64,000 nt of DNA from Candidatus Dojkabacteria bacterium (GCA_050950145.1 JBMNHB010000001.1:428820-492819); one strand, 5' to 3'; shown: positions 9,036 through 19,158, numbered from the stretch's first letter. Translations and numbers: made by a program. Notes: a model not told the origin generated them from the sequence alone.

Positions 9036-10946
9036 ATGTCAGAGAATATCAATGAACAAAACAACCTAAGAAACATCGCTATCATCGCACATGTAGACCA
9101 TGGCAAAACAACCTTGGTTGATGCCTTCATGAAGCAAACACACCTCTTTAGAGATAATCAAGAGGAGATGCAACAAACAAGAATACTAGACAAAGGAGAA
9201 CTAGAAAAAGAGAAAGGTATTACAATCAGTGCAAAGAACATCTCCATAGTATATAAAGGAGTAAAGATAAATATTATAGATACACCTGGACACTCCGACT
9301 TTGGTGGAGAGGTAGAAAGAACTCTTAATATGGCAGATAGTTGCCTTCTACTTGTAGATGCAAAAGAAGGAACTATGCCTCAAACAAAATTTGTTCTTAA
9401 AAAAGCACTTGAGCTAGGATTAAAGCCGGTAGTGATAATTAATAAGATAGATAGGAAGTTAGCTAACATTGAAAAAACAACATCTAAAATCAATGACCTC
9501 TTCCTTTCATTAGCTACTAAAGAAGAGCAACTAGACTTCCCAATATACTATGCTATCTCCAGAGAAGGAAAAGTCTTCAAAGAGATGCCAACTGGAGATT
9601 TAACAATACCAGAAACTACAAGTGGGGATCTAACTCCAATATTAGATGAGATAGTTACAAACCTTCCTGCACCAAGTGGAGATATTAACAAACCATTTCA
9701 GATGCAGATAACTAGTATTGAATATGATGAACATCTAGGAAGATACCTAATTGGTAAGATATCAAATGGGAAGGTAAAGGTAGGTGATCCAATTGTTCTT
9801 GTTTCTAACCAAGAAGATTTTGAAAAGAAACAAGGTAGAGTTAATGAGCTTTTTACTAAAGTTGGATTAGAATGGACTCCAATTCAAGAAGGAGGAGTAG
9901 GAGAGATTGTTGCAGTTACAGGTATTAACTCTACAGATATTGGTGCAACACTTTGTAGTGTTGATAATCCAGAGCCATTGCCTGATATTAAGATTACACC
10001 TCCAACAGTTAGAGTAAAGTTCTCTGCTAATACATCCCCATTTGTTGGAAAGGAAGGTAAGTTTGTTACTGCAAAACAACTACAACAGAGGTTAGACCAA
10101 GAAAAGAGATTGAATATTAGCTTGAAGATTGAGAGCAAGGGAGCAAATGCCCACTATGTTTCAGGGAGAGGAGAGTTACAACTTGCAATCTTGGTTGAAC
10201 AGTTAAGAAGAGAAGGATATGAGTTTGAATTAGGAAAACCAGAGGTAATCTTACAAAAGATTGACGGAGTAGAGTGTGAACCATTAGAGGAGTTAATTAT
10301 AGATGCCCCAGAAGAATACCTAAGTGCAATTACAGAAGAGGTTAGTGGAAGAAAAGGAAAGATGGTAAATATGGAAAATGAAGAGGGACAGAGTAGGTTT
10401 ACATACCATATCCTAACTAGAAATCTAATAGGTCTTCATAGGAACTTAATGACAGCAACAAAAGGAACTACCATTATTAACAGTGCTGTTTTAGAATATG
10501 TCCCTTATGAAAAAGGAGAAAACTTATACAGAAAAGGTGTAATCATATCATCAGAGACTGGAACAGCTCTTGCATATGCCCTTATGAGTGTTCAAGAGAG
10601 AGGTAGACTCTTCATTTCAGGTTCAACAAATGTATATGAAGGTATGATAATTGGTATTACTAATACAATGGAGGATGTAGAAGTAAATCCATGTAAAGAG
10701 AGACACAAAACAAATGTAAGAATGGCACATTCACAAGTCACAGAGATTGCTCTTAAAACACCAATCCTACTTACTATTGAATATGCACTGTCATTTATAA
10801 AGGATGATGAGTTGATAGAAGTAACACCTAAACATATACGACTTAGAAAGAAACTTCTTAAAAGCACAGAGAGAATATGGGCAAAGAGAAAGAATCTCAC
10901 CTTCTATGCAAAACAACAGCTTGAGAAACTGGAAGGCCAGGCCTAG
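9036..10946 (+). CDS. typA: Translational GTPase TypA/BipA
   Basis: NIAIIAHVDHGKTTLVD, DTPGHSDFGGEVER, NKID, GRGELQL and C-terminal EVTPKHIRLRK. Confidence 0.97.
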   Translation: MSENINEQNNLRNIAIIAHVDHGKTTLVDAFMKQTHLFRDNQEEMQQTRILDKGELEKEKGITISAKNISIVYKGVKINIIDTPGHSDFGGEVERTLNMADSCLLLVDAKEGTMPQTKFVLKKALELGLKPVVIINKIDRKLANIEKTTSKINDLFLSLATKEEQLDFPIYYAISREGKVFKEMPTGDLTIPETTSGDLTPILDEIVTNLPAPSGDINKPFQMQITSIEYDEHLGRYLIGKISNGKVKVGDPIVLVSNQEDFEKKQGRVNELFTKVGLEWTPIQEGGVGEIVAVTGINSTDIGATLCSVDNPEPLPDIKITPPTVRVKFSANTSPFVGKEGKFVTAKQLQQRLDQEKRLNISLKIESKGANAHYVSGRGELQLAILVEQLRREGYEFELGKPEVILQKIDGVECEPLEELIIDAPEEYLSAITEEVSGRKGKMVNMENEEGQSRFTYHILTRNLIGLHRNLMTATKGTTIINSAVLEYVPYEKGENLYRKGVIISSETGTALAYALMSVQERGRLFISGSTNVYEGMIIGITNTMEDVEVNPCKERHKTNVRMAHSQVTEIALKTPILLTIEYALSFIKDDELIEVTPKHIRLRKKLLKSTERIWAKRKNLTFYAKQQLEKLEGQA

Positions 10947-11137
10947 GCCTGCCCCTGATTCATAACTTTTTAATCTCACCAAAAGATTACCTACTACTAA
11001 GTAATTACCATATCCGATATCTCCCTAGACCAAAATTCCTACAAAATACAAGGGGTCTCTTTCCAGAAAGGCTCCTGTGGAAAGGGTTGGGAGATGATGA
11101 AATCTAGATTAACGTGGGGCAGACCTAGGTCAGACCT
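10934..11137. repeat. REPIN/MITE-like element A (about 204 bp) bounded by inverted 22-nt motifs
   Basis: AGGCCAGGCCTAGGCCTGCCCC (10934-10955) and GGGGCAGACCTAGGTCAGACCT (11116-11137). The ends are homologous to the element at 43069-43274. Confidence 0.65.
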
Positions 11138-11152
11138 TAAAGAAATTTGTAT

Positions 11153-11181
11153 AAAAAAAAGAGAGGTATTTCTACCTCCCT
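11153..11181 (-). terminator. Intrinsic terminator of the RRM gene
   Basis: GGGAGGTA-GAAA-TACCTCTC followed by a T-run on the minus strand. Confidence 0.8.
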
Positions 11182-11205
11182 TCCAATTTACAATGTACTT
11201 AGCTA

Positions 11206-11466
11206 TTAAAACTCTTTTTTCTCTTCTCTAGCCAATGAGACATTGACAGCTCTACCATCAATCTCTTGACCATTAAGAGCTTCCATTGCTTTCTGTGCTT
11301 CCTCTTCTGTGGACATTGTAACAAAGCCAAATCCCTTAGATCTGTTCTTCATTCTATCCATAATGACAACTGCTTCTTCAACAGTACCATGAGGAGCAAA
11401 TGCTTCCTTCAACTCTTCGTCTCTGACGTTCCAGCTGAGGTTGCCTACAAACAACTTTTTACCCAT
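11206..11466 (-). CDS. RRM-family RNA-binding protein
   Basis: RNP2 (KLFVGNL) and RNP1 (KGFGFVTM). Confidence 0.95.
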   Translation of the reverse strand: MGKKLFVGNLSWNVRDEELKEAFAPHGTVEEAVVIMDRMKNRSKGFGFVTMSTEEEAQKAMEALNGQEIDGRAVNVSLAREEKKEF

Positions 11467-11615
11467 TTGTTTATAAATATAAAAAAATAAAATTCGCTAC
11501 ACCACAAAATATGGGAGATTACACTCTAAGCAGTCTATCACAGAAAGCTTCCATAGCTATTTATATTATACCACAAATCTTAGAGTCTAAGGAAGGGGTA
11601 TTGTATAATACAAGT

Positions 11616-12167
11616 ATGATACTAAAAAACCTTGTCATACACACATGTTGTGCAGATTGTCTTTTAAATGCTCTCTTAGATTTAAAGAGTAGGGGACTAA
11701 TTGATAAGGAAACGGAGATAACCTCCCTCTTTTACAATCCAAACATTCATCCAAGAACGGAATATTTAGAAAGATTAAATGCAGTAAAGAAGATATTTCC
11801 AGAACTAAAAGAGAAGTGGAATATTAAACTAGTTATTCCCAACTACTCACCAAAAGAATATTTAAGTAAAGTATTAGATAACAAGAAAAATAGATGTGCA
11901 ATCTGTTGGAACTTAAGATTAGAGAATCTATTCAACTATGCCAAGGAGAAGAAGATTAAGAATGTAACAACAACCTTACTTACTAGTCACTACCAAGAAA
12001 GAGATACTATTGTAAAAATAGCTAAAGATTTAAACAAGAAATACAATATCAATTTTATTGAAATTGATAATATTTCAAATAGAAAACATTCTGGTTTTTA
12101 CAAACAAAACTATTGTGGATGTTGCTTCTCATTAACTGAAAAGATGATATCATTTAGAAAGAATTAA
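11616..12167 (+). CDS. queH: Epoxyqueuosine reductase QueH (DUF208)
   Basis: HTCCADC, YNPNIHP, RCxxCxxxRL, TTTLLTS and YKQNYCGCCFS. Start moved to ATG 11616, 6 nt after TATAAT. Confidence 0.88.
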   Translation: MILKNLVIHTCCADCLLNALLDLKSRGLIDKETEITSLFYNPNIHPRTEYLERLNAVKKIFPELKEKWNIKLVIPNYSPKEYLSKVLDNKKNRCAICWNLRLENLFNYAKEKKIKNVTTTLLTSHYQERDTIVKIAKDLNKKYNINFIEIDNISNRKHSGFYKQNYCGCCFSLTEKMISFRKN

Positions 12168-12172
12168 AAAAT

Positions 12173-12301
12173 ATGAATACAAACTACATATTAATAATCT
12201 TACTATCCTTACCAATACTCCTTCTTGTACTATTTTTAATCTCAAAAATACTCCCAAAAGGTCAAGAAGATGATGAAACTAGAGAAGAGGATGAAGAGTA
12301 A
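12173..12301 (+). CDS. Small single-TM protein with acidic tail (42 aa)
   Basis: MNTNYILIILLSLPILLLVLFLISKILPKGQEDDETREEDEE; fills the gap after queH; below the ORF-track cutoff. Confidence 0.6.
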   Translation: MNTNYILIILLSLPILLLVLFLISKILPKGQEDDETREEDEE

Positions 12302-12343
12302 GATTGTAAGAATTCTGTAAGAAGAAGCTGTATATATTAGAAC

Positions 12344-13015
12344 ATGAGAAGTAGGGATATTCTTATTATTGATGATTGTGCAAGCTTAGTCCATGTTCTC
12401 CAAAAGTTTTTTGAAAGTTTAAGTCTTACATCCGATTTTGCATATAATGGAAAGGAAGCATATAGAAAAATTAGAAACTATAGCTATTCCTTACTAATCT
12501 TAGATATAGGTTTGCCTGATATCAGTGGACACATACTACTAGAAAGAATTAGAGAAATATACGAAAAGAAACCAATTATAGTCATATCAAATGATGTTAG
12601 TATTAAAAATGAAATAGAGTCATACAGAAATGGAGCAAATATTTTTCATAAAAAACCTTTGGAATATGAACTTCTAGAAGTGCAAGTATTAAACTTTTTC
12701 TCTAAGAAATTCTATCCTAGAGCAATTCGTATAAAAGATTTAACACTCACAGAGGATAAGATAGTTACTAAAAAAGGAAAAGGAGAAATACATTTAACAA
12801 AAACAGAGTTCGGCCTTCTACTACTTCTTGCAAAAAACAGAGGTGTTATATTTAGTAGAGATAAAATTATCTCTATACTAGATGCATTAAATATAGATAA
12901 GAGTATTGGTTCTGTTGACACATTAGTATGTAGGCTAAGGAAAAAGTTAAATGCCTCAGATTGCAATAAATATATCGAAACTGTAGAGGGTTTAGGATAC
13001 AGAATACCCAAGTAA
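12344..13015 (+). CDS. OmpR-family response regulator (no adjacent kinase)
   Basis: ILIIDD, LLILDIGLPD (phospho-Asp), KP, and winged-helix LTKTEF...RLRKKL...IETVEGLGY. Confidence 0.92.
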   Translation: MRSRDILIIDDCASLVHVLQKFFESLSLTSDFAYNGKEAYRKIRNYSYSLLILDIGLPDISGHILLERIREIYEKKPIIVISNDVSIKNEIESYRNGANIFHKKPLEYELLEVQVLNFFSKKFYPRAIRIKDLTLTEDKIVTKKGKGEIHLTKTEFGLLLLLAKNRGVIFSRDKIISILDALNIDKSIGSVDTLVCRLRKKLNASDCNKYIETVEGLGYRIPK

Positions 13016-13171
13016 CTTACAAAGTTTTTTCTCTACAATTTTAATATTGGATAAAAGATGCTTGTCTAATACCTTTGCTTCTTCTTTAGATAGCTTTACT
13101 CTCTTTTTAATGATATGACAACCTCTAATAACACTTACAGGAGTTGCAACATCAGATAGAAAATTTTTCAT
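12992..13171 (-). CDS. Small hypothetical protein (59 aa), faintly HisKA-like
   Basis: ORF fills the gap between the regulator and def; FLSDVATPVSVIRG resembles an H-box helix lacking the His. Confidence 0.45.
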   Translation of the reverse strand: MKNFLSDVATPVSVIRGCHIIKKRVKLSKEEAKVLDKHLLSNIKIVEKKLCKLLGYSVS

Positions 13172-13234
13172 TATTATATTTTTACAAACCAACCTTACAA
13201 AATTCTTACAAAACTAATTATGGTATACTTAATC

Positions 13235-13708
13235 ATGGCAAAAGTTTTAAGAATACTTACAATTGAAGATAAAAAGGATGAAGAGATCTTAAGAAAAAAG
13301 AGCTTACCTGTAAAAGAGGAAGAGTTTAATACTAAAGAATTTAATGAATTTCTAAATAATCTTCTTGAAACAGCAAAACAGAGTAGTGAACCTGCAGGTG
13401 GTATTGCAGCAAATCAAGTAGGAGTAAACAAAAATGTATTCTACCTTCTTAACTACGATACTAATATCTGGGAGCTTTTTATAAATCCAATTGTAGAACC
13501 TGATGGCTTTACAAAAATGAGTATAGAAGAATCATGCTTAAGCGTTCCCAACAGAGAAGAGAAGGTTTTAAGATACAAAAAGATTAAAATTACATATCAA
13601 GATAGGGAAGGAAACAAACAAGTAAAAAAATATAGTGACTTAAATGCTATTACAATACAGCATGAGAAGGACCACCTTGATGGAATTTTATTTATAGATA
13701 GAATATAA
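13235..13708 (+). CDS. def: Peptide deformylase
   Basis: GIAANQVG, ESCLS and QHEKDHLDG. Start moved to ATG 13235, 5 nt after TATACT. Confidence 0.95.
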   Translation: MAKVLRILTIEDKKDEEILRKKSLPVKEEEFNTKEFNEFLNNLLETAKQSSEPAGGIAANQVGVNKNVFYLLNYDTNIWELFINPIVEPDGFTKMSIEESCLSVPNREEKVLRYKKIKITYQDREGNKQVKKYSDLNAITIQHEKDHLDGILFIDRI

Positions 13709-13736
13709 CTTAGTTAACTTTATTAATCTGCCAAAA

Positions 13737-14822
13737 ATGAAATTAAGAACAATTACAATATCCCTTCTTATATTACTAATACTCACTCCTATGCAAGTAT
13801 TTGCCCAAGAAGAAGAGAAAAAAACTACCGATCCACTACAGCAACAACTTAATTTAGATATACCAAAAATCACTGATAATCCAAGTCTAATAATAAATTT
13901 CAATGATCCTTCAAAAGAGAAACAAGGAGTACAGTTAAGTGTTGACAAAAAAGGATTTGAAACAATTACAAGTCCCCACACTCTACCTGCATTAAGTATT
14001 GGAGATCACCTTTTAACTTTCAAGTTTACTGATGAATACGATGTAACACAAAGTATTGATAAAGAACTAATTGTAATTCCAAGAGCACCAGTACTTAATA
14101 CTCCACTAATACAACAAAATGAGATAACATTCTCTGGAACAGCACTAGCTGGTTCAGAAGTTACCATTATTATCAACTCTAACCAAAAAATGGTTACAAA
14201 ACTAGTTGAGGTAGATAATGATGGTGTATGGAATGTAAAATTAGATGAAAATCTTCCATCAGGCTTGTATACTTTCTCTGGTTTAACAAAAAAATATGGA
14301 TATGCAAGTGATTTAGCAGAACCAATAACACTAGATATCGACAGTAAAGGCTCAAAAGAAGTAATAACAACAACTACAACACCGATACACTTTGCTTTTA
14401 AAGACATGGACAGTGATAATATTCAAACATTAACAAATACAAATATTGATTTACTTGTTCTCTCTGTTGGACTTCTTTCAATAGGTTTGCTACTTGGTAT
14501 ATTATTCTCTTCTCTCTCTAAAAAGAAAAAAGAGGAGAAAGTGGTTAAAGAAGTTGCTAAAACTTTAGATAAGCCAATAGATGAAAAAGAGAAACCTATG
14601 ACATTACTTGAGAAGTTAAAAGAGAAAACTGTAAATATTGAAAACCCCATTCCAGAAAAGAATTCAAAAGAGGAAAAAACAAAAGAAGAGAAACCTGAGG
14701 AACCAAAAGAAAAGATTGTTACAAAAGTAGATTTCCTGAAGGGATTTAAAGAACACGACCCTGATGATGATAAGGGAAAAGAAAAGAAGGATTTGAAGAT
14801 ATCGCTTACTTCAAAAAAGTAA
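13737..14822 (+). CDS. Secreted Ig-like domain membrane protein with a charged cytoplasmic tail
   Basis: Signal peptide (VFA|QE), FSGTALAGSEV..DGVW Ig-like motif, one TM, Lys/Glu-rich C-terminus. Confidence 0.7.
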   Translation: MKLRTITISLLILLILTPMQVFAQEEEKKTTDPLQQQLNLDIPKITDNPSLIINFNDPSKEKQGVQLSVDKKGFETITSPHTLPALSIGDHLLTFKFTDEYDVTQSIDKELIVIPRAPVLNTPLIQQNEITFSGTALAGSEVTIIINSNQKMVTKLVEVDNDGVWNVKLDENLPSGLYTFSGLTKKYGYASDLAEPITLDIDSKGSKEVITTTTTPIHFAFKDMDSDNIQTLTNTNIDLLVLSVGLLSIGLLLGILFSSLSKKKKEEKVVKEVAKTLDKPIDEKEKPMTLLEKLKEKTVNIENPIPEKNSKEEKTKEEKPEEPKEKIVTKVDFLKGFKEHDPDDDKGKEKKDLKISLTSKK

Positions 14823-14823
14823 A

Positions 14824-14906
14824 GCCAGGGTGGTGAAATGGCAGACACGCTACGTTCAGAACGTAGTCCTAGAAATAGGGTGGGGGTTCAACTCCCCCCT
14901 CTGGCA
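14824..14906 (+). tRNA. tRNA-Leu(CAG), CCA not encoded
   Basis: GCCAGGG/CTCTGGC acceptor stem, anticodon arm CTACG-TTCAGAA-CGTAG, long variable arm, GGTTCAAC T-loop. Confidence 0.95.
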
Positions 14907-14912
14907 TATGAA

Positions 14913-16688
14913 TTATTTCCAATACCACTCTTCTATATTATGAAATCTTTCATAGGAATGAGAAACTGAATCAAGGTCTATACCAACTAAGTTGTCCCTA
15001 GTAATATATTCATATATAGGATTGTAGAGGAATATCGCTGGTGCATCAGCCATTAAATATTTCTGAAACAGGTGGTATTTCTGCTTTCGTATCTCTTTAT
15101 CCATAGTCTGCCTTCCTTCCTCAAGCAAAATATCTACCCTTCCATAATTGTATCCTGAAAGATTTAAATCTGGGAAATTCGCTTTTAATGAATGCCATAA
15201 GTTATACTGATCTGGATCCACACTAGTCTCTATTTCATACAACAAAAGTTCAAAATCCCTTGTTGAAATAACCTCTTGTGTTATCTGTGTGTAATCTAAC
15301 CTCTCTATCTTTAAAAACACCCCTTCTTCCTTATAATAATCAGCAAGAAGCGTAACTAATCTCTCATTAGACGGGGTTGATAGATAACTAATAGTAAATG
15401 TTAAAATCTCTCCCTGCTGATTTTCAAAATAACCACTATTAGGATTCTTCTTGTAACCAAGTTTTTCAAGCTTCTCAGTCGCTTTAGTAGGATCATATTT
15501 AAGGTAATCAACATCCTTATTATACGCCCAAGATGTTTCAGGTAATGGACCGTTTAGAACTCTACCTCCAACACCATACTCATCAATTAACTTCTCCTTA
15601 TTCAGTAAAAGCGTAAGTATAATCCTGATTTCTTTATCCTTTAATGAATCCTTCCTTGTATTAAAGAATATTAATTTCTCTCTGTCCTCTATAACCAGAT
15701 CATTTCTGACAAAACTATCATATTCTTCAATATAAGAAGTTATCATTCTATCCCAGGAGCCAATTGCATCCAAATTACCAGCTCTAAAAGCCATCTCTAA
15801 AGAATCCCAGTCAGGATACATCTTAAAAACAATATTCTTAATATGAGGTTCATATTTATCATAAGGATTATCAATTAAATATATAGAAGAACTATCCATT
15901 TTTACAAAACTATACTTTCCACTTCCAATCGGACTCTTTGTAAAAACATCAAAAGCCATCTTACTAATTTCAACTTCTTCTAAGTATTTACGAGGAACTA
16001 TATAAATGGACAGTGCTCTAAAAATAACAGGATTCTTCTCTTTAACTCTAAATTGAACAGTATTTTCATCCAGTTTAGTGACTTCCATATCTACAAAAGC
16101 AATACCAACAGAGTCAAAACCCGCTTCTTTAGAAAGTTTTATCGCTGTATCAAATGTAAATACCACATCATCAACAGTAACTTCACTGCCATCATGCCAA
16201 AAATGTCCCTCATCTATTTTAAATTCATAAACCAAACCATCTTCCTTACTCTCCCAATTCTTAGCAATACCAGGTGTAGCATTACCATCACTATCAATAT
16301 TAATAAATTTTTCAAAGATGAGACTATCTATAGATCTCTCAATATAGTTATTTGTTACATACAAAGGATTAAGAGAGTTAACTGTACCTACAACACCACC
16401 AACGAGAGAATCTTTCTTCTGATTACCCCTAACAATCTTTGTAAAAGTAACTGAATTTAAAAAGAGAATAATCAAGAGAGAAATCAAGCCAAAGACTAGA
16501 ATATAACTAATAGGAATAAGTTTCTTAAAAGAATTTACTAAAAACTCAGGATAATTCCAAAAAATATCCCTAAAATCAAAAGGTTTCTTTTCACTAACAG
16601 GAGAAGCCTTTACACTTAATTCCTCAAGGACGACTTTCATTAAAGAATCCTCTTTAGTGAGAACTTTAGCTTTTTTTGTTTTCTTCAT
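14913..16688 (-). CDS. Peptide ABC transporter substrate-binding protein (family 5), membrane-anchored
   Basis: SLNPLY, WHDG..VTVDDVVFT, PIGSGKY and DAPAIFLY. Confidence 0.9.
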   Translation of the reverse strand: MKKTKKAKVLTKEDSLMKVVLEELSVKASPVSEKKPFDFRDIFWNYPEFLVNSFKKLIPISYILVFGLISLLIILFLNSVTFTKIVRGNQKKDSLVGGVVGTVNSLNPLYVTNNYIERSIDSLIFEKFINIDSDGNATPGIAKNWESKEDGLVYEFKIDEGHFWHDGSEVTVDDVVFTFDTAIKLSKEAGFDSVGIAFVDMEVTKLDENTVQFRVKEKNPVIFRALSIYIVPRKYLEEVEISKMAFDVFTKSPIGSGKYSFVKMDSSSIYLIDNPYDKYEPHIKNIVFKMYPDWDSLEMAFRAGNLDAIGSWDRMITSYIEEYDSFVRNDLVIEDREKLIFFNTRKDSLKDKEIRIILTLLLNKEKLIDEYGVGGRVLNGPLPETSWAYNKDVDYLKYDPTKATEKLEKLGYKKNPNSGYFENQQGEILTFTISYLSTPSNERLVTLLADYYKEEGVFLKIERLDYTQITQEVISTRDFELLLYEIETSVDPDQYNLWHSLKANFPDLNLSGYNYGRVDILLEEGRQTMDKEIRKQKYHLFQKYLMADAPAIFLYNPIYEYITRDNLVGIDLDSVSHSYERFHNIEEWYWK

Positions 16689-16696
16689 AAGACTAC

Positions 16697-16927
16697 TTAC
16701 TTAGAAGATAGTTTTAAAATAAATAGGGATAAGACAATCACTACTACAATTAATGCAATAGTAAAGTAGTAGAGGAACTTTTCTAAACCTCTTTTGGTTC
16801 TGAAAATCTCACCACCTCCACCAAACATTTGCCCTAATCCCTCAGCTCTATTTTGTAAGAGAATACTCACAACTAGTAAAGCACAAACTACTATCTGTGA
16901 TATTAATAATATTTTTGTAGTATCCAT
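16697..16927 (-). CDS. secG: Preprotein translocase subunit SecG
   Basis: Two TMs flanking ILLQ..GLG..FGG...RGLEKFL. Confidence 0.92.
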   Translation of the reverse strand: MDTTKILLISQIVVCALLVVSILLQNRAEGLGQMFGGGGEIFRTKRGLEKFLYYFTIALIVVVIVLSLFILKLSSK

Positions 16928-16955
16928 AGATGGCTATTATACACTAAAAACAAAG

Positions 16956-17366
16956 TTATTGCTTCCTATCAAGCTCTTTATATATCGCAGTAACAAAAGA
17001 TGTAAGGAAAGAAACAACAATAATTGAAATAATAGGAGTTACTGTAAATTCATTAATCTGTAATGTTCCTAATTTTAATTCACTAAATAAAAACTCCTCT
17101 ATTGCGAAATCAACCATAAACATCTTTAAAATATAAAGAGTTCCACTAAGAACGATGGTTCCCATTAAAACATAGGTTATGAAATTACACTTAACTGTTA
17201 GAAAATTAAGAAAAGGACATACAACTAACAAAACAAGACCAACAATTAATAAGATAATGAACAGATATAAAAATGATACGGGAAGATGGATTGCTTCATT
17301 AAACAGACTAGCAAAAAAATGAAAGACAAGCATTCCAACTAAAGCTAACTTAACACCTTCTTTCAT
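16956..17366 (-). CDS. Multi-TM membrane protein (YvlD/holin superfamily IV-like)
   Basis: Four hydrophobic segments; P-F-L-N-F-L-T..NFIT pattern typical of that family. Confidence 0.55.
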   Translation of the reverse strand: MKEGVKLALVGMLVFHFFASLFNEAIHLPVSFLYLFIILLIVGLVLLVVCPFLNFLTVKCNFITYVLMGTIVLSGTLYILKMFMVDFAIEEFLFSELKLGTLQINEFTVTPIISIIVVSFLTSFVTAIYKELDRKQ

Positions 17367-17470
17367 AGACAGTTTTAATAAATCTTAACTACTAAAGAGG
17401 ATACAATGTTTTAACAAAAATTACAAAATCATATAGAATGTTGTATACTAGAATACAATTTACTGCCCAA

Positions 17471-18874
17471 ATGAATAGAATCGCAAAAACAAAAATAATC
17501 GCTACTATTGGCCCATCTACATGGGATAATCAAGTGTTAAGAAAAATGTTTGAATCAGGAATGCTACTTGCAAGAATCAATTCTTCATTTGCAGATTTTG
17601 CTGAGTTAGATAGAGTTTCAAAACAGATAAGGAATATCTCGCCCAGGATTGCAACTGTTTTAGATACTCAAGGTACTAAAATTCGAGTTACAGGTTTACA
17701 AAAAGATACGGAGATAAAAGAAACAGTAACACTTACATCAGCCAATACTCCAAACCCCAATATTATAAAAATAACATATCCTACACTACATAAAGATGTT
17801 ACTGTAGGAACAAAGATTCTTCTAGATGATGGGAACATCCAGTTAGTTGTTAGAGAGATAAAAGGGGAAAGTGTGGTATGTGATGTAATTCAGGAAGGTA
17901 TTCTTAAACCAAATAAGACTGTTAATATTCCTGATATCAATCTCCATTTTCCAGCACTTACAGATAAAGATAGACAAGATATAGAATATGCAAAAGAATT
18001 AGATTTTGACTTTGTTTGTGCTTCTTTTGCAAGAAATAGAGAAGACATTATTACAGTAAAAAAGATTTTAAAAGGAAGTAATGTAAAAGTAATTGCAAAG
18101 ATTGAAAATAGACAAGGAGTAGAGAATTTTGACGAGATTCTTGATGAGAGTGATGCAATTATGATTGCAAGAGGAGATATGGGGGTGGAGTTAGACTTAG
18201 AAGAAGTTCCTATTTTACAGAAACAGATGATTTTTAAATGTAGAATGGTTGGAAAACCAGTGATTGTAGCAACACAGATGCTTGAATCTATGAAAACTAA
18301 TAAACGACCAACAAGAGCAGAGGTCTCAGATGTTGCAAATGCAGTAATGGATGGTGCTGATTGTGTTATGCTTTCAGCAGAGACATCTACAGGAAAATAT
18401 CCTGTAGAAGCTGTGAAAATGATGAACAGAATAGCTCTAAGAACAGAAGAAATCATGAAATTATCACCTGTTCATGGAGAGACTGAAGCAGGAAAAGAGG
18501 TAGATGAATTTGGATTAACAGCATGTAAGTTTTCACAAGAGATTCATTACAATGCGATTCTAATTATCTCAGATATTAAAAGTGTAGTAGGTAGTGTTAG
18601 TAGACATAGACCAACTGTACCTATTTTTGTAGTAAGTTCTTCTATAGAGAATATCAGGCAAAATGCAATATATAGAGGCGTAAAAACACACTATATAAAA
18701 GAGTTATCTGATGACAGAGATAGAAATATTTTCTTAGCTGTAGAAAAGATTTATGGCAGTGGGGAGTTGGATTTATTGGATAAAATTGCTATTATTAGCG
18801 GTAGCTCAATCAAAAACAAAGAAACAGATAGTATATTAGAGATTGTTACCGTTAAAGATATACTAAATTCCTAG
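17471..18874 (+). CDS. pyk: Pyruvate kinase
   Basis: KTKIIATIGP, AKIEN, IMIARGDMGVE, ATQMLESM and DCVMLSAET. Probable start at ATG 17471. Confidence 0.97.
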   Translation: MNRIAKTKIIATIGPSTWDNQVLRKMFESGMLLARINSSFADFAELDRVSKQIRNISPRIATVLDTQGTKIRVTGLQKDTEIKETVTLTSANTPNPNIIKITYPTLHKDVTVGTKILLDDGNIQLVVREIKGESVVCDVIQEGILKPNKTVNIPDINLHFPALTDKDRQDIEYAKELDFDFVCASFARNREDIITVKKILKGSNVKVIAKIENRQGVENFDEILDESDAIMIARGDMGVELDLEEVPILQKQMIFKCRMVGKPVIVATQMLESMKTNKRPTRAEVSDVANAVMDGADCVMLSAETSTGKYPVEAVKMMNRIALRTEEIMKLSPVHGETEAGKEVDEFGLTACKFSQEIHYNAILIISDIKSVVGSVSRHRPTVPIFVVSSSIENIRQNAIYRGVKTHYIKELSDDRDRNIFLAVEKIYGSGELDLLDKIAIISGSSIKNKETDSILEIVTVKDILNS

Positions 18875-18947
18875 GGTGACGTAGCCAAGTTGGTTAAGGC
18901 CGCGGTCTGCAAAACCGCTACCACGGGTTCGAGTCCCGTCGTCACCT
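18875..18947 (+). tRNA. tRNA-Cys(GCA)
   Basis: GGTGACG/CGTCACC acceptor stem, anticodon arm GCGGT-CTGCAAA-ACCGC, GGTTCGAG T-loop, U discriminator. Confidence 0.95.
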
Positions 18948-18992
18948 CATTTTCAAAATCACTTATATTTGATAAAATACATATATTACTAA

Positions 18993-19076
18993 GCAGGAAT
19001 GGCGGAATAGGCAGACGCGCGGGACTTAAAATCCCGTTCTAGAAATAGAGTGAGAGTTCGATTCTCTCTTCCTGCA
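18993..19076 (+). tRNA. tRNA-Leu(TAA)
   Basis: GCAGGAA/TTCCTGC acceptor stem, anticodon arm CGGGA-CTTAAAA-TCCCG, long variable arm. Confidence 0.95.
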
Positions 19077-19158
19077 TATCTTACCAATATCCAAACAAGG
19101 TGTTCGAAATATTCATTATCTGATAAAATAGGCATCTAAAAATCAACTAATAATAAAA

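Noticed and set aside
16956-17366. Prophage inferred from the holin-like gene
   Set aside because: The family is common in chromosomes and no phage genes lie nearby.
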